A DNA stretch of 64,000 nt from a virus. Its lineage: Duplodnaviria; Caudoviricetes. Positions 15,509-25,526 of this stretch are shown here, piece after piece (within the stretch, counting starts at the first letter, position 1; each line of letters opens with the position of its first letter). The translations under genes and the position numbers were made by a program. The stretch lies in IMG/VR virus record IMGVR_UViG_3300010167_000010, positions 32,001-96,000 of that record; one strand, written 5' to 3'. The notes under the pieces are model-generated. The model saw nothing but the letters and a program-made list of their open reading frames with translations. It searched no databases and was not told where the DNA came from.

Positions 15509-17265
15509 TAGTAGAAGTTCCTAATATTAAAAGCAGTCAAGAAATAGAATTATTTATAAATAACATCAATCCCAATTTAAGTCCACCAGAAAAAAATTTT
15601 GGATTATATTTTATTGGTGGTGGAGAAGAGGGCTTAAGTTTAAGTGCATTATCTTTAGATGCTTCTGAATTTATGAAAGAATCTTTACAAAGAATATCTG
15701 ATGCTTGGGGAATGAATCGTTCAACATATGTTAGTGCTAATACTGGTTCAGATTTTTTAGATGGTAAAGTTGAAGAATTTTTTGGTGTATTAGAAAAACA
15801 TGCTAGAAATATAAAAAATAAAGGTGAAAAACTTAAAAATGAAATAACAGGTTCTTGGAAATTAGATGATTTAGATTGGAGTATGATGAATGATATAAGG
15901 AGTTCTCCACCTAAACAAGACGAAAAAGTTTTAGTAGTATTTACTGATATTCTAAAGAACTTTAATGAAAGAGCTAATCGTAATATAACAAATATTGGTC
16001 AAACAATAAATTCTGATCATTATTATTGGTTACCATATCATTATCCTAAAAAAGACAGCGGCCCAACATATAGTGGGTATGAAGTAAACTTTAAAAAGAT
16101 ATATGACACTTTACAATGGGCATGGAATACATCTCTTCATAATCCTGATATTGGGGGACATGCTGGAAATGCGTGGACAACAGCTAATAATTTAGGTAGA
16201 AATGCCAGTGCTCAGTTATGGAATAGATTATTAAGAATTCCTGAATTACAACATTTACCTGTTATCCCAGATTATAGACCCAATTTAAATGAATTAGATG
16301 AGAGATTAAATGAAGGTACTAGAGATGCCTCAGCATCTTTAAGACCTAAATTAGAAAATAAACGTAATCAAGCAATAGAGTATCTTCTTAATTCTGGTAC
16401 TGATTTTATAGATAATATGTTTGATGTTATGCTTATTTGTTCACGTGGTTCTGGTCGAGATGGTAGTTTTACTAATTTCTTTGAAGAATTATATAAAAGT
16501 AAATTTATTGGTGGAAATTTACCACCATTTTTAAGTTATGGAAATATATTTATGGTTAGGGCAACTACTATTGATGTTCCACAATCTGAATCTGAATCGT
16601 TCGACTTAAAATTTGGTATTCATGCTATTAAAAAAGTTAGAACAAAAGTTAAATATGAAAGACGAGCTGATTTAAAAGTGCTTATGGACGAACCATTATA
16701 TTTTATGGGAATATTTAATATGATATCTAATAATAATAGAATAGTATTTGATGGTATTTCAGAAAGAAATAGATATCCAAAAGGATTTGCAACTTTCTCT
16801 ACTCAAAGAATTATAAAAGAAAATATATTATCTAAAAATATTAGAATAGATATTTTAATTAAACATCAAAAATTAATGAATAATCCAGAAGTAGAAAACT
16901 TAAGAAATAATAAAGGAATAAATGGTTGGAAATATGATACTTCATTAAATAGAACTGTTATCAACCATGCTGGTTTAAGTTCAGCTGAATTACCATTATG
17001 GTGGTTTGAAGATGTTAAATTTTTAGGCCAAGGTGATGATTTAGTATTTAATAGAGATAATGCTGAAAAATTAGATTTAACTTTTCCATTTTTATTTAAA
17101 AGATGTATTAAAATAGATAGACAATTTAGACACGGTACAGAACAAACTATACAATTTGATGGTAAACCGATTGATGGAATAGAAAGATTTATTGATGAAA
17201 GATTAGTAAAAGAAAGTTTCTATGAACAATCAAATCAAGAGTGGTACTATGACAAATCAAACTAA
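15505..17265 (+). CDS. Virion protein, paralog of the upstream tail-tube-like protein
   Basis: VRATTIDVP, LMDE, LPLWWFEDVKFLG, FPFLFKRC parallel the upstream ORF. Confidence 0.5.
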   Translation: MIVEVPNIKSSQEIELFINNINPNLSPPEKNFGLYFIGGGEEGLSLSALSLDASEFMKESLQRISDAWGMNRSTYVSANTGSDFLDGKVEEFFGVLEKHARNIKNKGEKLKNEITGSWKLDDLDWSMMNDIRSSPPKQDEKVLVVFTDILKNFNERANRNITNIGQTINSDHYYWLPYHYPKKDSGPTYSGYEVNFKKIYDTLQWAWNTSLHNPDIGGHAGNAWTTANNLGRNASAQLWNRLLRIPELQHLPVIPDYRPNLNELDERLNEGTRDASASLRPKLENKRNQAIEYLLNSGTDFIDNMFDVMLICSRGSGRDGSFTNFFEELYKSKFIGGNLPPFLSYGNIFMVRATTIDVPQSESESFDLKFGIHAIKKVRTKVKYERRADLKVLMDEPLYFMGIFNMISNNNRIVFDGISERNRYPKGFATFSTQRIIKENILSKNIRIDILIKHQKLMNNPEVENLRNNKGINGWKYDTSLNRTVINHAGLSSAELPLWWFEDVKFLGQGDDLVFNRDNAEKLDLTFPFLFKRCIKIDRQFRHGTEQTIQFDGKPIDGIERFIDERLVKESFYEQSNQEWYYDKSN

Positions 17266-17271
17266 ATATTT

Positions 17272-18144
17272 ATGGCAATAGATAGAATAAACTTTGGAGA
17301 TGCGATTGAATCTGGTGAAGACAATAAAGGCCAAATCAAATTCGGTGAAGAGTTTATACAACAATTAGATAGATTTCAATCAGATGGTCTCGATTATTTA
17401 TATGAAGTTGAACCACAATCTCAAAACTTATTCTGGGTTGGTTATTTTAGACAAGCTGGTATTGGAGAAAGAAATAGGGGAGAAATAAAAGCTTTTTATA
17501 ATGCTGCATATAGAATAAGAAAAATAACTATCCCCCTACCTAAATTAGAAATAGATCAACAAAATGAATTAAGGGCACCAATATTTAAGAACGTTAATTT
17601 TCCACAAGAAATATCTATAGAATGGTTTGAAGATGTTTATCATTCAGTTAAAAAATATCATTTAGATTGGTATGCTCGTTGGTATAATAGACAATTTGAC
17701 GTATTACGATGCGGAGTAAACGGAAAGTTTAGACAATTAACTTTAGTTGCTTATCATTATATAAATAATGATCATGATTCTTTAATTGAAACACCTATAA
17801 CACAACCTATAATGGCAATTAAAGTTGGTGGTTTAATTCCACTATCACTCCCAGATATTACATTCGATCATGGTGCTGATCAAAATGATCAAGCAATTGC
17901 TATGACTTATAAATGTAGTGCAATTCATTGGGCTTATAGTGATAAAATTGGTTTTGGTACAGACTCGGGACAATTATTTGCAGACGGAACTGGTTCGTTA
18001 CCAGATAGAGACATTGATATTTGGAAACCAGAAGGATTTCAAGAAGAAGGCTCTGTTGATAGATCTGATAATAGTTTCTTAGAACATATTAGAATTGCAA
18101 GAGCAGCAACAAGTCATCAAGTGGCGGAAGGAGCAATTGGATAA
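17272..18144 (+). CDS. Tail-tube-like/baseplate protein
   Basis: IRKITIP, EISIEWFED, PLSLPDITFD tube-fold pattern. Confidence 0.5.
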   Translation: MAIDRINFGDAIESGEDNKGQIKFGEEFIQQLDRFQSDGLDYLYEVEPQSQNLFWVGYFRQAGIGERNRGEIKAFYNAAYRIRKITIPLPKLEIDQQNELRAPIFKNVNFPQEISIEWFEDVYHSVKKYHLDWYARWYNRQFDVLRCGVNGKFRQLTLVAYHYINNDHDSLIETPITQPIMAIKVGGLIPLSLPDITFDHGADQNDQAIAMTYKCSAIHWAYSDKIGFGTDSGQLFADGTGSLPDRDIDIWKPEGFQEEGSVDRSDNSFLEHIRIARAATSHQVAEGAIG

Positions 18145-18251
18145 CGAAACGTTCCTTCTATAATTTAATTGTTAACTAATTAAAAGGAGTTAAGGGGAAG
18201 CAATTCCTCTTGGATATAAACTCGGCTTTAAAATATCATAAACTAAATAAT

Positions 18252-18716
18252 ATGGCAATTAAATCTTTATTAGCAAAAGACATTAAAAAATTAAATAATA
18301 GTATAAATAATGCTATCAATTATGTAGACATAGATTATGATGTAAAAAGAGATCCTAGTAATCCCTGGACAACAAAAACACGTTCTACAATATGTAGAAA
18401 TGATTACGCTATATTAAATGCTTATCGATTATGGCTACAATCTAAACGTTACGATTATGTAAGAGCTCCAGATTTCGGCGGATTATTTGAAAATAATTTA
18501 AATGATAGAGTTTATTTTAGTCCAGATAATGAAGAAGCAGTACGACAAATTGTAATAGAAGAATCAGCAATTAAATGGCCTGATATAACAGTATTAGAAT
18601 GTCATGTAACTGCAATTGTTCAAAGAAGAGAATGGTTAATTAGAATAGTAGCTCAAGATAAGGGAACACGTTTAGTTTTAACTGATGAAAATTTAATTAT
18701 ACCAGTAGATAATTAA
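18252..18716 (+). CDS. Baseplate wedge gp25-like protein
   Basis: AILNAYRLWL....Y.RAPDFGG, WPDITV; start moved to ATG 18252 just after the late motif. Confidence 0.65.
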   Translation: MAIKSLLAKDIKKLNNSINNAINYVDIDYDVKRDPSNPWTTKTRSTICRNDYAILNAYRLWLQSKRYDYVRAPDFGGLFENNLNDRVYFSPDNEEAVRQIVIEESAIKWPDITVLECHVTAIVQRREWLIRIVAQDKGTRLVLTDENLIIPVDN

Positions 18717-19936
18717 TTTATTTGCTTTGATGCCCAATCAAATTCATCTTCACAACCCATAAATTGGGCCATTCGAGTAAAATCATCACCGTTTTCAAAA
18801 AATTCTTCAATTTCTTCATCTGTCATATTTTTCTCTTTAACACAATATCTACAAAAAGCATCAGGTAATTTTCTTTCTACAATATCGAAAAGATAATCTT
18901 TTACTCTACCTTCTTCAAGTTTACTTTCTCTCATAGATTCTTTATCTTTTTTGAATAATTCGAGAGCATATTCTATACAACTAGGACAAAGTTTTCCACC
19001 TGAAAGATTTTCGCCTCCACAATGTTCACATTTTGAATCTTTATATTTATTAGCAACACGATTTTTCTTATCATTCATTCTTGCAACTTTATCTTTATCC
19101 CATGACCAATTTGCTTCATACTCAAAATCATCTTTATATCTTCCAGGGTTTCTATTATATGCAGCTAGTAATCTTGATAATGCATCTTGATAAGAAAGTT
19201 TTGTAGTTCCACCTTTAGTATCGTTAAGAATATGCATACCAGAACCACTTCTATTAGGTGCTCTTATATAACCTTCTTTAGTTATAGTTACTACTGAACC
19301 ATTAGGAAATTGAAATTCTGCTGTTCCATTACCAAATTGTCTTGCAGATGATATAATTTCAGCTCCTGTAGTTTCTAAGAAAGAACTCATTTCATTTGAA
19401 TTCATAAAATTTTCAAAATCTTTCATAGTATTTTCAGATTCTTGTAATTGAGATTCTTTCATTCTCATTAGTATTTTAAATTCTTCTAAGCTATATCCTA
19501 GTTTCATTAAAACATCTCTAAGCCATCCAGCATCTCTTATTTCTCCACTATCATAAGCATTAATAGCAACATTAATTAAACGTTTAATATCTGTATCGCT
19601 TAAATTATCTAAATCACCAGAAGTTAAAAAATCTATATCACTTACTTCACTTGGTGTAGGACCTTTATGTGCTTCAATTATTTTTTTAGAATAAATATCT
19701 TCATAAGAACCATTTTCATTTAATTTTTCTTGATTATTACCATCATACATTTCAGTAAATGTTCTAGGATAATTCTTTTTATATTCTTTAAAGGAGAAAC
19801 CTTTTCCGTATTCAGTTTCTACTTTAGGTGATTTATTTACAATTGAAGAATAAAGTTGTTCCCAAGACATACTCTTTTCTTCCTGTAGTTTTTCTTCTTT
19901 ATTATCTTGTAACTTTTCCAATTTATTCTCCTTCAA
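18713..19936 (-). CDS. Putative internal head protein with zinc ribbon
   Basis: Multiple L/I-x-E sites, CEHC..CPSC; downstream of the prohead protease. Confidence 0.45.
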   Translation of the reverse strand: MKENKLEKLQDNKEEKLQEEKSMSWEQLYSSIVNKSPKVETEYGKGFSFKEYKKNYPRTFTEMYDGNNQEKLNENGSYEDIYSKKIIEAHKGPTPSEVSDIDFLTSGDLDNLSDTDIKRLINVAINAYDSGEIRDAGWLRDVLMKLGYSLEEFKILMRMKESQLQESENTMKDFENFMNSNEMSSFLETTGAEIISSARQFGNGTAEFQFPNGSVVTITKEGYIRAPNRSGSGMHILNDTKGGTTKLSYQDALSRLLAAYNRNPGRYKDDFEYEANWSWDKDKVARMNDKKNRVANKYKDSKCEHCGGENLSGGKLCPSCIEYALELFKKDKESMRESKLEEGRVKDYLFDIVERKLPDAFCRYCVKEKNMTDEEIEEFFENGDDFTRMAQFMGCEDEFDWASKQIN

Positions 19937-19939
19937 AAA

Positions 19940-20728
19940 TTAAACTATATGGCCGCCGCCGCCTAATGCATCAAACTTTAATGGCATACCATCAGATCCG
20001 CCAAAAGCTTTCATTCTACTAAAATCAAGTTTAGTTCCTTCTGTTAAATGTTCTGTATCTTCAAACATTTCATCATCAGCTGCTGCTCTCATTTGTTCTC
20101 TTATTACTGTTCTTTCTTGTTGTGGTACTGGTTTAGCAACATTTTTGCTGAATTGTGCCATCATATCACCATCATATTGAACACCAAAGATATTATTTTC
20201 TCTTAATGAATTAAAAGATAAAGTATTATCATCATATTCGTAAGTATTTACTTCTTCTTGTAATACATTTCTATAGAAATCTTCTAAAGTTTGTTCTTTT
20301 ACTGAACCTATTGCACTTTGTGGACCATCTGAATAATTTACATTAAGATTTACTCTATTATCTAAATCCTTTTTTACTTCTCCAGGTGATTTTTTATCAA
20401 AGCTTCCAACAGGTAATGTGTTTATAAGTTCAGCTGTTTTAGACATAGAACTTCCGTTATTTGGATCTATCATATTATTTAATTTTTGAATAATATTAGA
20501 AAACTCTGTAGAAAAATTAGATAAATTATTTGGTATCTTTAAAGTTTCTTGATTTATATTAGATATTTTTTGAGTTCCTTCTTCACCTAATAATGCAGAT
20601 AATTCGGCATCGACTTTCTTAACAGCATCTATAGCTTTTGATACACTAGTTTCTATTTTTGAGATTGATGACTTAAACGAATTTAAATCTGATATATCGT
20701 ATTTTTCTCTTAGATTATATCTTGCCAT
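19940..20728 (-). CDS. Putative head-associated protein
   Basis: N-terminal YNLRE, several LxE sites; RBS AAGGAG. Confidence 0.45.
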   Translation of the reverse strand: MARYNLREKYDISDLNSFKSSISKIETSVSKAIDAVKKVDAELSALLGEEGTQKISNINQETLKIPNNLSNFSTEFSNIIQKLNNMIDPNNGSSMSKTAELINTLPVGSFDKKSPGEVKKDLDNRVNLNVNYSDGPQSAIGSVKEQTLEDFYRNVLQEEVNTYEYDDNTLSFNSLRENNIFGVQYDGDMMAQFSKNVAKPVPQQERTVIREQMRAAADDEMFEDTEHLTEGTKLDFSRMKAFGGSDGMPLKFDALGGGGHIV

Positions 20729-20740
20729 TTTATGCTCCTT

Positions 20741-22912
20741 TTATTGTAATCCTGCTGCATGAAGATTTTTTAAGAATTCTTCATTTTTTTGATCTGTAGA
20801 ACTTTCTCTATAAGAGTCAAGAGGATTAATTATTCCTTGATGTTCATATAATTTTGCTCTTTCATCTCTATTTCTATATGAGAATTCAGCTGGTTGTGCT
20901 ACAGCAAAATTAGGATCTATTTGTGTTCTTAAACTTAGGAAAGTAGATGTTGCTTCTCGTAAAGTTTTAGCTCCTCTAATTTGATCTTCAAATGGATCAA
21001 TTGCATCACCATATTTTTCTTTAAGATCTGCCCAATATGATTCAATTTCTATACCTTTATTTTCTCTAAAATTTAAAAACTTACCAATTCTTTCTTCAAA
21101 CTTTGGTTGAATTCTTGCAATCGGATTATATGTATCATTTACTTCTTGCTTGTATGCATTAAAATCTTCTTGAAGCTTTGTATATCGTTTAGATTGTACA
21201 TCATAATTCTTTTCAATTTCTTCATTAGCTTCTTCAAGCTCTCGAATTCTTTCTTGAAGTTTAATAATACCAGCATCGATCTTTTTATTTTCTTCTTCTC
21301 TTAATGTGCTTTCTTCTTTAACACCTTTCATAATAGTTCCAGCTTCTTTTAATTTTCCAACTAAAATATCATTTTCTTTTTCAAATTCTTTATTACTTAA
21401 TGCTAATTTTGAAACTCTTTCCATTAATCTTTCATTTCTAGTTTCAAGTTTTTCAACTGTTTCTTGTAATGATTCTACTTCTGAAGATTTATCTACAATT
21501 TCTTTATTAGAAAGCATGATTTTCTTTTCAGAAAGTTTATTATGAATATTTAATTTTTTCTTTAAATTTTCATTTTCTTCTTTAAGTTGAATATTTCGCT
21601 TTGCTAATCCATCACAAAGTTCTTTATAATCAGTAACTTGCTCATGTAATAAAAGACCTTGTGCTGTATTTCTTTCTGCAGCTTCTCTGAATTGAGTGAT
21701 ATTCATATCATAATCTTTTTCAGTAGTAACTACTTCTTCTACTAATTTTTCTAAAGCACTTTTCTCTTCTAATAGTTGTTTTTCAAGTGCTTCCCGTAAG
21801 TCTGGACAATTTCCTTCATCGAAGCAACTAAGAATGTCAACGCACTCATTAAGTCGTTTAATAGGGTTATCTATCTTATTTGCATCTTCTAAAAAAGATT
21901 GTACATACTTTCTAAATGCTTTTTCTTCCACTTTTGTTAAAGTTCCTTTTGTTTCCATTCTTGTACTCTCCTGTAATGATTCTCTGGTTGTTTTTACTGC
22001 ATCTGCTTTTTGCTCATTTTCATTTGCAATTTGTGATGCACCTTGTGCTGCCCCGTCGGTTGGCGCAGCTATAGGCGCTTGACCTGATGGAGCGGCAGGT
22101 TGTGGTTGCTGGTTTTCTCTAACAGCATCATATTTTTCTGCCATAATTTTACTCCTTGGTTTTATTTTTTCAGCTTCTTTCATTGGCTGATATTTATTAT
22201 ATTCAATCGACGCTCCCTTTGCAGGGTCTTTTAAGAATTCGCCGGCTGTTTTTGTATCTTTTGCAGTACCAAATGTCCCTTGTGAAGGATTTAACACTAA
22301 GTCTGCTAATCTTTCAATTATATAAGTGTTTGGGTCTACTGTTTTAGTTATTGTATCAACATCACCGAATCCAGAAGATGATGTTCCAACACGACCACCA
22401 TGCTCTAATATCTCTTGTGCTAATGCTCCGTATGGTCCAACAAAAGAACCATATCCATAAACTAAACCACCATCTGTTGGAACATCCATATCGTGCCAAA
22501 TAACAGCTTGGTTTTTAAATTCACCTGGATCATTATCTGCTACTGGATGATCACATAATCCACAAAAGCCTTTCCAAGTATCAGATTGTTTATCTTTTAC
22601 ATTTTGCCAAAGTTGTAATGGATAAATACGTTTATTCCCATTCATATTACCATATTTACCAATTGGTAATTTCCAAACTTTGAATGAATTAGATAATCCA
22701 TTTTCAGCTAATTTATTTAAAATAGAATTAAAAACTTTTTGATCGTTTTCTGTCAATCTAGATTTTAATTCATTAGCAACAGAGACAACTTCATTAAGAT
22801 TAATTTGTGATTCAGTGAGACGAACTTTAATATTAAGATTTTTAATTTCTTCTTCTGTGAGACGAGTTATTTCATTGCGGTCAAAAAACCAACTTTCACG
22901 TAATCTTTCCAT
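20741..22912 (-). CDS. Prohead core protease (T4 gp21-like) fused to a coiled-coil scaffold
   Basis: NGNKRIY, GLCDHP, VGTSSSGFG, DLVLNPS motifs; long Glu/Lys coiled coil. Confidence 0.8.
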   Translation of the reverse strand: MERLRESWFFDRNEITRLTEEEIKNLNIKVRLTESQINLNEVVSVANELKSRLTENDQKVFNSILNKLAENGLSNSFKVWKLPIGKYGNMNGNKRIYPLQLWQNVKDKQSDTWKGFCGLCDHPVADNDPGEFKNQAVIWHDMDVPTDGGLVYGYGSFVGPYGALAQEILEHGGRVGTSSSGFGDVDTITKTVDPNTYIIERLADLVLNPSQGTFGTAKDTKTAGEFLKDPAKGASIEYNKYQPMKEAEKIKPRSKIMAEKYDAVRENQQPQPAAPSGQAPIAAPTDGAAQGASQIANENEQKADAVKTTRESLQESTRMETKGTLTKVEEKAFRKYVQSFLEDANKIDNPIKRLNECVDILSCFDEGNCPDLREALEKQLLEEKSALEKLVEEVVTTEKDYDMNITQFREAAERNTAQGLLLHEQVTDYKELCDGLAKRNIQLKEENENLKKKLNIHNKLSEKKIMLSNKEIVDKSSEVESLQETVEKLETRNERLMERVSKLALSNKEFEKENDILVGKLKEAGTIMKGVKEESTLREEENKKIDAGIIKLQERIRELEEANEEIEKNYDVQSKRYTKLQEDFNAYKQEVNDTYNPIARIQPKFEERIGKFLNFRENKGIEIESYWADLKEKYGDAIDPFEDQIRGAKTLREATSTFLSLRTQIDPNFAVAQPAEFSYRNRDERAKLYEHQGIINPLDSYRESSTDQKNEEFLKNLHAAGLQ

Positions 22913-22973
22913 TTTTTCTCCATAAACATATAGCCACTTCTTGGAGTGATATTATTTAGTTATTTTTACTTTT

Positions 22974-23285
22974 TTATTTTCCAAAAAGTATATCAATTAA
23001 TTCATTAAATAATTCTAAATTATCATAAGCCCAATTTTCATCTAATTTTCTAACTGGACTAATAGTAATTAATTTTCTTCCCTCTGGTCTCCAATAAAAA
23101 CGATATCCATTTTGACCAACTTTTTCTTTTGGTATTTTATATTTAGAAGCTAATGCTCTAACTAAATCGTTATGATCCCTCGACGGCCCATTACTTTTAA
23201 TAGCTAATCCTTGATAAATTACTATACGACCAGTATCATAAGATAATTTCCCATCTTGAATGGCCCATGAAATTCTATAATCCAT
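22974..23285 (-). CDS. Hypothetical protein
   Basis: ORF coupled to the upstream gene. Confidence 0.55.
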   Translation of the reverse strand: MDYRISWAIQDGKLSYDTGRIVIYQGLAIKSNGPSRDHNDLVRALASKYKIPKEKVGQNGYRFYWRPEGRKLITISPVRKLDENWAYDNLELFNELIDILFGK

Positions 23286-23812
23286 TATTTTCCAAAATTC
23301 CTATTGATTCTTTTAACTTCTTTAATAATATGTTTTGCATGCTGTTGAGCAAACTTATAAGAAGCAGGTGTACTTCTTCCTCTAACATAAGATTGACCAG
23401 AATTATCTACTCCCCAATAACCTGCAATACTATCACCATATTTATCTTTTTTAACTGTTGAGGGGTGTTGTCCTTCTATTCTTCCGTCACTAACTCGAAT
23501 GGACTCATCTCTATCCCACCACCATCTACCATATCCACCTTGCCAATCTTTGAAAAACCTGGGATCAGTTTTTCCCGTTAGATCTGGTGGCATTTCTCCA
23601 TCCGACTTAAATATAATATTATTTATAACTATATCACCAGAATCTCTCGATGGTCCTCTACTTTCTGGTTTTGATGATGCTCCTTTTAATTTCATATATT
23701 CATTAAAATCTAAAAGTTCACCATCTTCTAAATCATAATCTATTTTTTTTACACCATTTTCAATGTAAGATCGCTTTTCATTTAATTTATATATTTCATC
23801 AAATGTTTTCAA
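23285..23812 (-). CDS. Putative internal head protein
   Basis: N-terminus MKTFDEIYKLNE resembles T4 capsid-targeting leaders. Confidence 0.5.
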   Translation of the reverse strand: MKTFDEIYKLNEKRSYIENGVKKIDYDLEDGELLDFNEYMKLKGASSKPESRGPSRDSGDIVINNIIFKSDGEMPPDLTGKTDPRFFKDWQGGYGRWWWDRDESIRVSDGRIEGQHPSTVKKDKYGDSIAGYWGVDNSGQSYVRGRSTPASYKFAQQHAKHIIKEVKRINRNFGK

Positions 23813-25131
23813 TTTATTCCTCCACCTATTTCATTTTGAGAATTATCATTAGCTGATCTAACTAATGTTTCTACTGTTTGTACTATATTTTGAGCATATT
23901 CTGAATTAGATGATTTAGCTTTTTGTAATAAATTTCTTAAATCAAATTGTAAATTAGCATTTAATCCATTTTCTATTTTTTGTAATCTCATTTTTAATTG
24001 CTCATTTTCACTATTATTTCCATCATTCATCATTTGTTTTAAAGACATTACAGCACCTGCAGTTAGTAAACCAGCGTCAGCTGCTTTATCTAATCCATTA
24101 TTTATTGTATCAAAAAATGCTTCTCTTCTTTCTACCCTACTATTATTTGAAAAAACATTATGAATATTATTTTGTCTATCGAAAGGATTAAAATCATTTA
24201 ATTGACGTTGTCTAGGAGCAGCAGTAACCTGTCCGCCTTGAGAACTTAATTGTTGTATTTGATTAGAATCATTTGTTCTAATAACTTGACCATCCGGCAT
24301 AGTAATATTTACATCTCCTTGAGAAATAGTTCCCATAGGGATTTCAGCATGACGTTGACCTAACCATAAGTTTCTTTCATGTTCTATTTCTTCTGGCGTT
24401 CTTTCTTGATTCCACCAATCTTCATTTAATCTATATATTTGTTCAAATTTACTTTCTTTGGTTTGTAAAGGTTGTTTACTTAAAACTTCTAAAGTATTTA
24501 TTATAGATTGAGCATATTCATTTTCACTGGTATTAGCCTTTTGAATTATGCTTCTTAAATCAAATTGTAAATTTTGATCTTGATTATTCCCCCCGCCGCC
24601 CAATTGTTTAGTTGCCTGATTAAAAAAATTACCAATTAAATTCATTATTTCTTTTAAGAAATTATTTAAAGTTAGTTTAGATGTTAAAGTAATTCCAAAT
24701 TTAGTAATTAATTTAGTAATTCCAGCAGCTAAACCACCTACCCCACCTACAGCTGCTAATCCAACACCGCCGGCAACAATTACTCCAGCACCAATTAACA
24801 TTTGAGTCATTGCTTTATTTATATCTTGTTCTAATTGTTGTTGAGATACTTGTGCCATTTGTCTGCCAGCTTCTAATCTTTCATTATCAGCTTGAGTAAT
24901 TGCAGCTCCTAATGGTTTATCAGGATCTTGTTGTTGTATTATTCTAGCTTGACGCATATTTTGTGCTTGAGTTTGACTATTATATTCTCTTCCATCAAAT
25001 TCCCATATAAAATTATTAGACTCATCTCCACCTCTACCAGTAAAATTAGGATTAGGCCTTCTAGTTATTTCAGGAATTTCATCGTTTTCTTTTAATTTTG
25101 GGTACAATTTTGAGAATAAAACAGCATTCAT
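23809..25131 (-). CDS. Putative ejection/internal head protein with internal repeat
   Basis: Gly-rich hydrophobic segment, duplicated NLQFDLR..QKA....EYAQ.I..T.E.L, LKE/LNE sites. Confidence 0.5.
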   Translation of the reverse strand: MNAVLFSKLYPKLKENDEIPEITRRPNPNFTGRGGDESNNFIWEFDGREYNSQTQAQNMRQARIIQQQDPDKPLGAAITQADNERLEAGRQMAQVSQQQLEQDINKAMTQMLIGAGVIVAGGVGLAAVGGVGGLAAGITKLITKFGITLTSKLTLNNFLKEIMNLIGNFFNQATKQLGGGGNNQDQNLQFDLRSIIQKANTSENEYAQSIINTLEVLSKQPLQTKESKFEQIYRLNEDWWNQERTPEEIEHERNLWLGQRHAEIPMGTISQGDVNITMPDGQVIRTNDSNQIQQLSSQGGQVTAAPRQRQLNDFNPFDRQNNIHNVFSNNSRVERREAFFDTINNGLDKAADAGLLTAGAVMSLKQMMNDGNNSENEQLKMRLQKIENGLNANLQFDLRNLLQKAKSSNSEYAQNIVQTVETLVRSANDNSQNEIGGGIN

Positions 25132-25166
25132 AAATAGTTAGTTTGAATTTAGATGTTTTGTTGATT

Positions 25167-25197
25167 TTGAACATATATTTCTATAATCTTATATAAT
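25167..25197 (+). promoter_or_regulatory. Sigma70-like (early) promoter
   Basis: TTGAACA..TCTTATATAAT. Confidence 0.6.
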
Positions 25198-25229
25198 ATT
25201 GAGAACAAACTTACCGAAGGAGGTACAAA

Positions 25230-25526
25230 ATGAGAACGAAGAAACTTGTTAGAACAGTGAATAAAGGAAAACCAGTCGTGGAGTTCACATTGTGGCACTC
25301 CAATGAAAACGGTTATTGTCCTGTAGCTAATCGTGAGATTATTGGAATTATCAATGCTCGTTTCATAGTGAAGAAAGTTTTGAATATTACAGCGAAACAA
25401 GTAGAAATGGTAATCAATAAAATCCAAGAAGAGAAGAATTATATCGTTTTTGGAAAAGATATCGAGCCTTATTTCGAATCCAAAATCAAAAAACTTCCGA
25501 ATGTATTTTTCTTAGGAGCTAATTAA
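25230..25526 (+). CDS. Hypothetical early protein
   Basis: RBS AAGGAGGT. Confidence 0.7.
   Translation: MRTKKLVRTVNKGKPVVEFTLWHSNENGYCPVANREIIGIINARFIVKKVLNITAKQVEMVINKIQEEKNYIVFGKDIEPYFESKIKKLPNVFFLGAN

Noticed and set aside
18951-23738. Plus-strand short ORFs opposite the head genes
   Set aside because: Antisense shadows of long minus-strand genes
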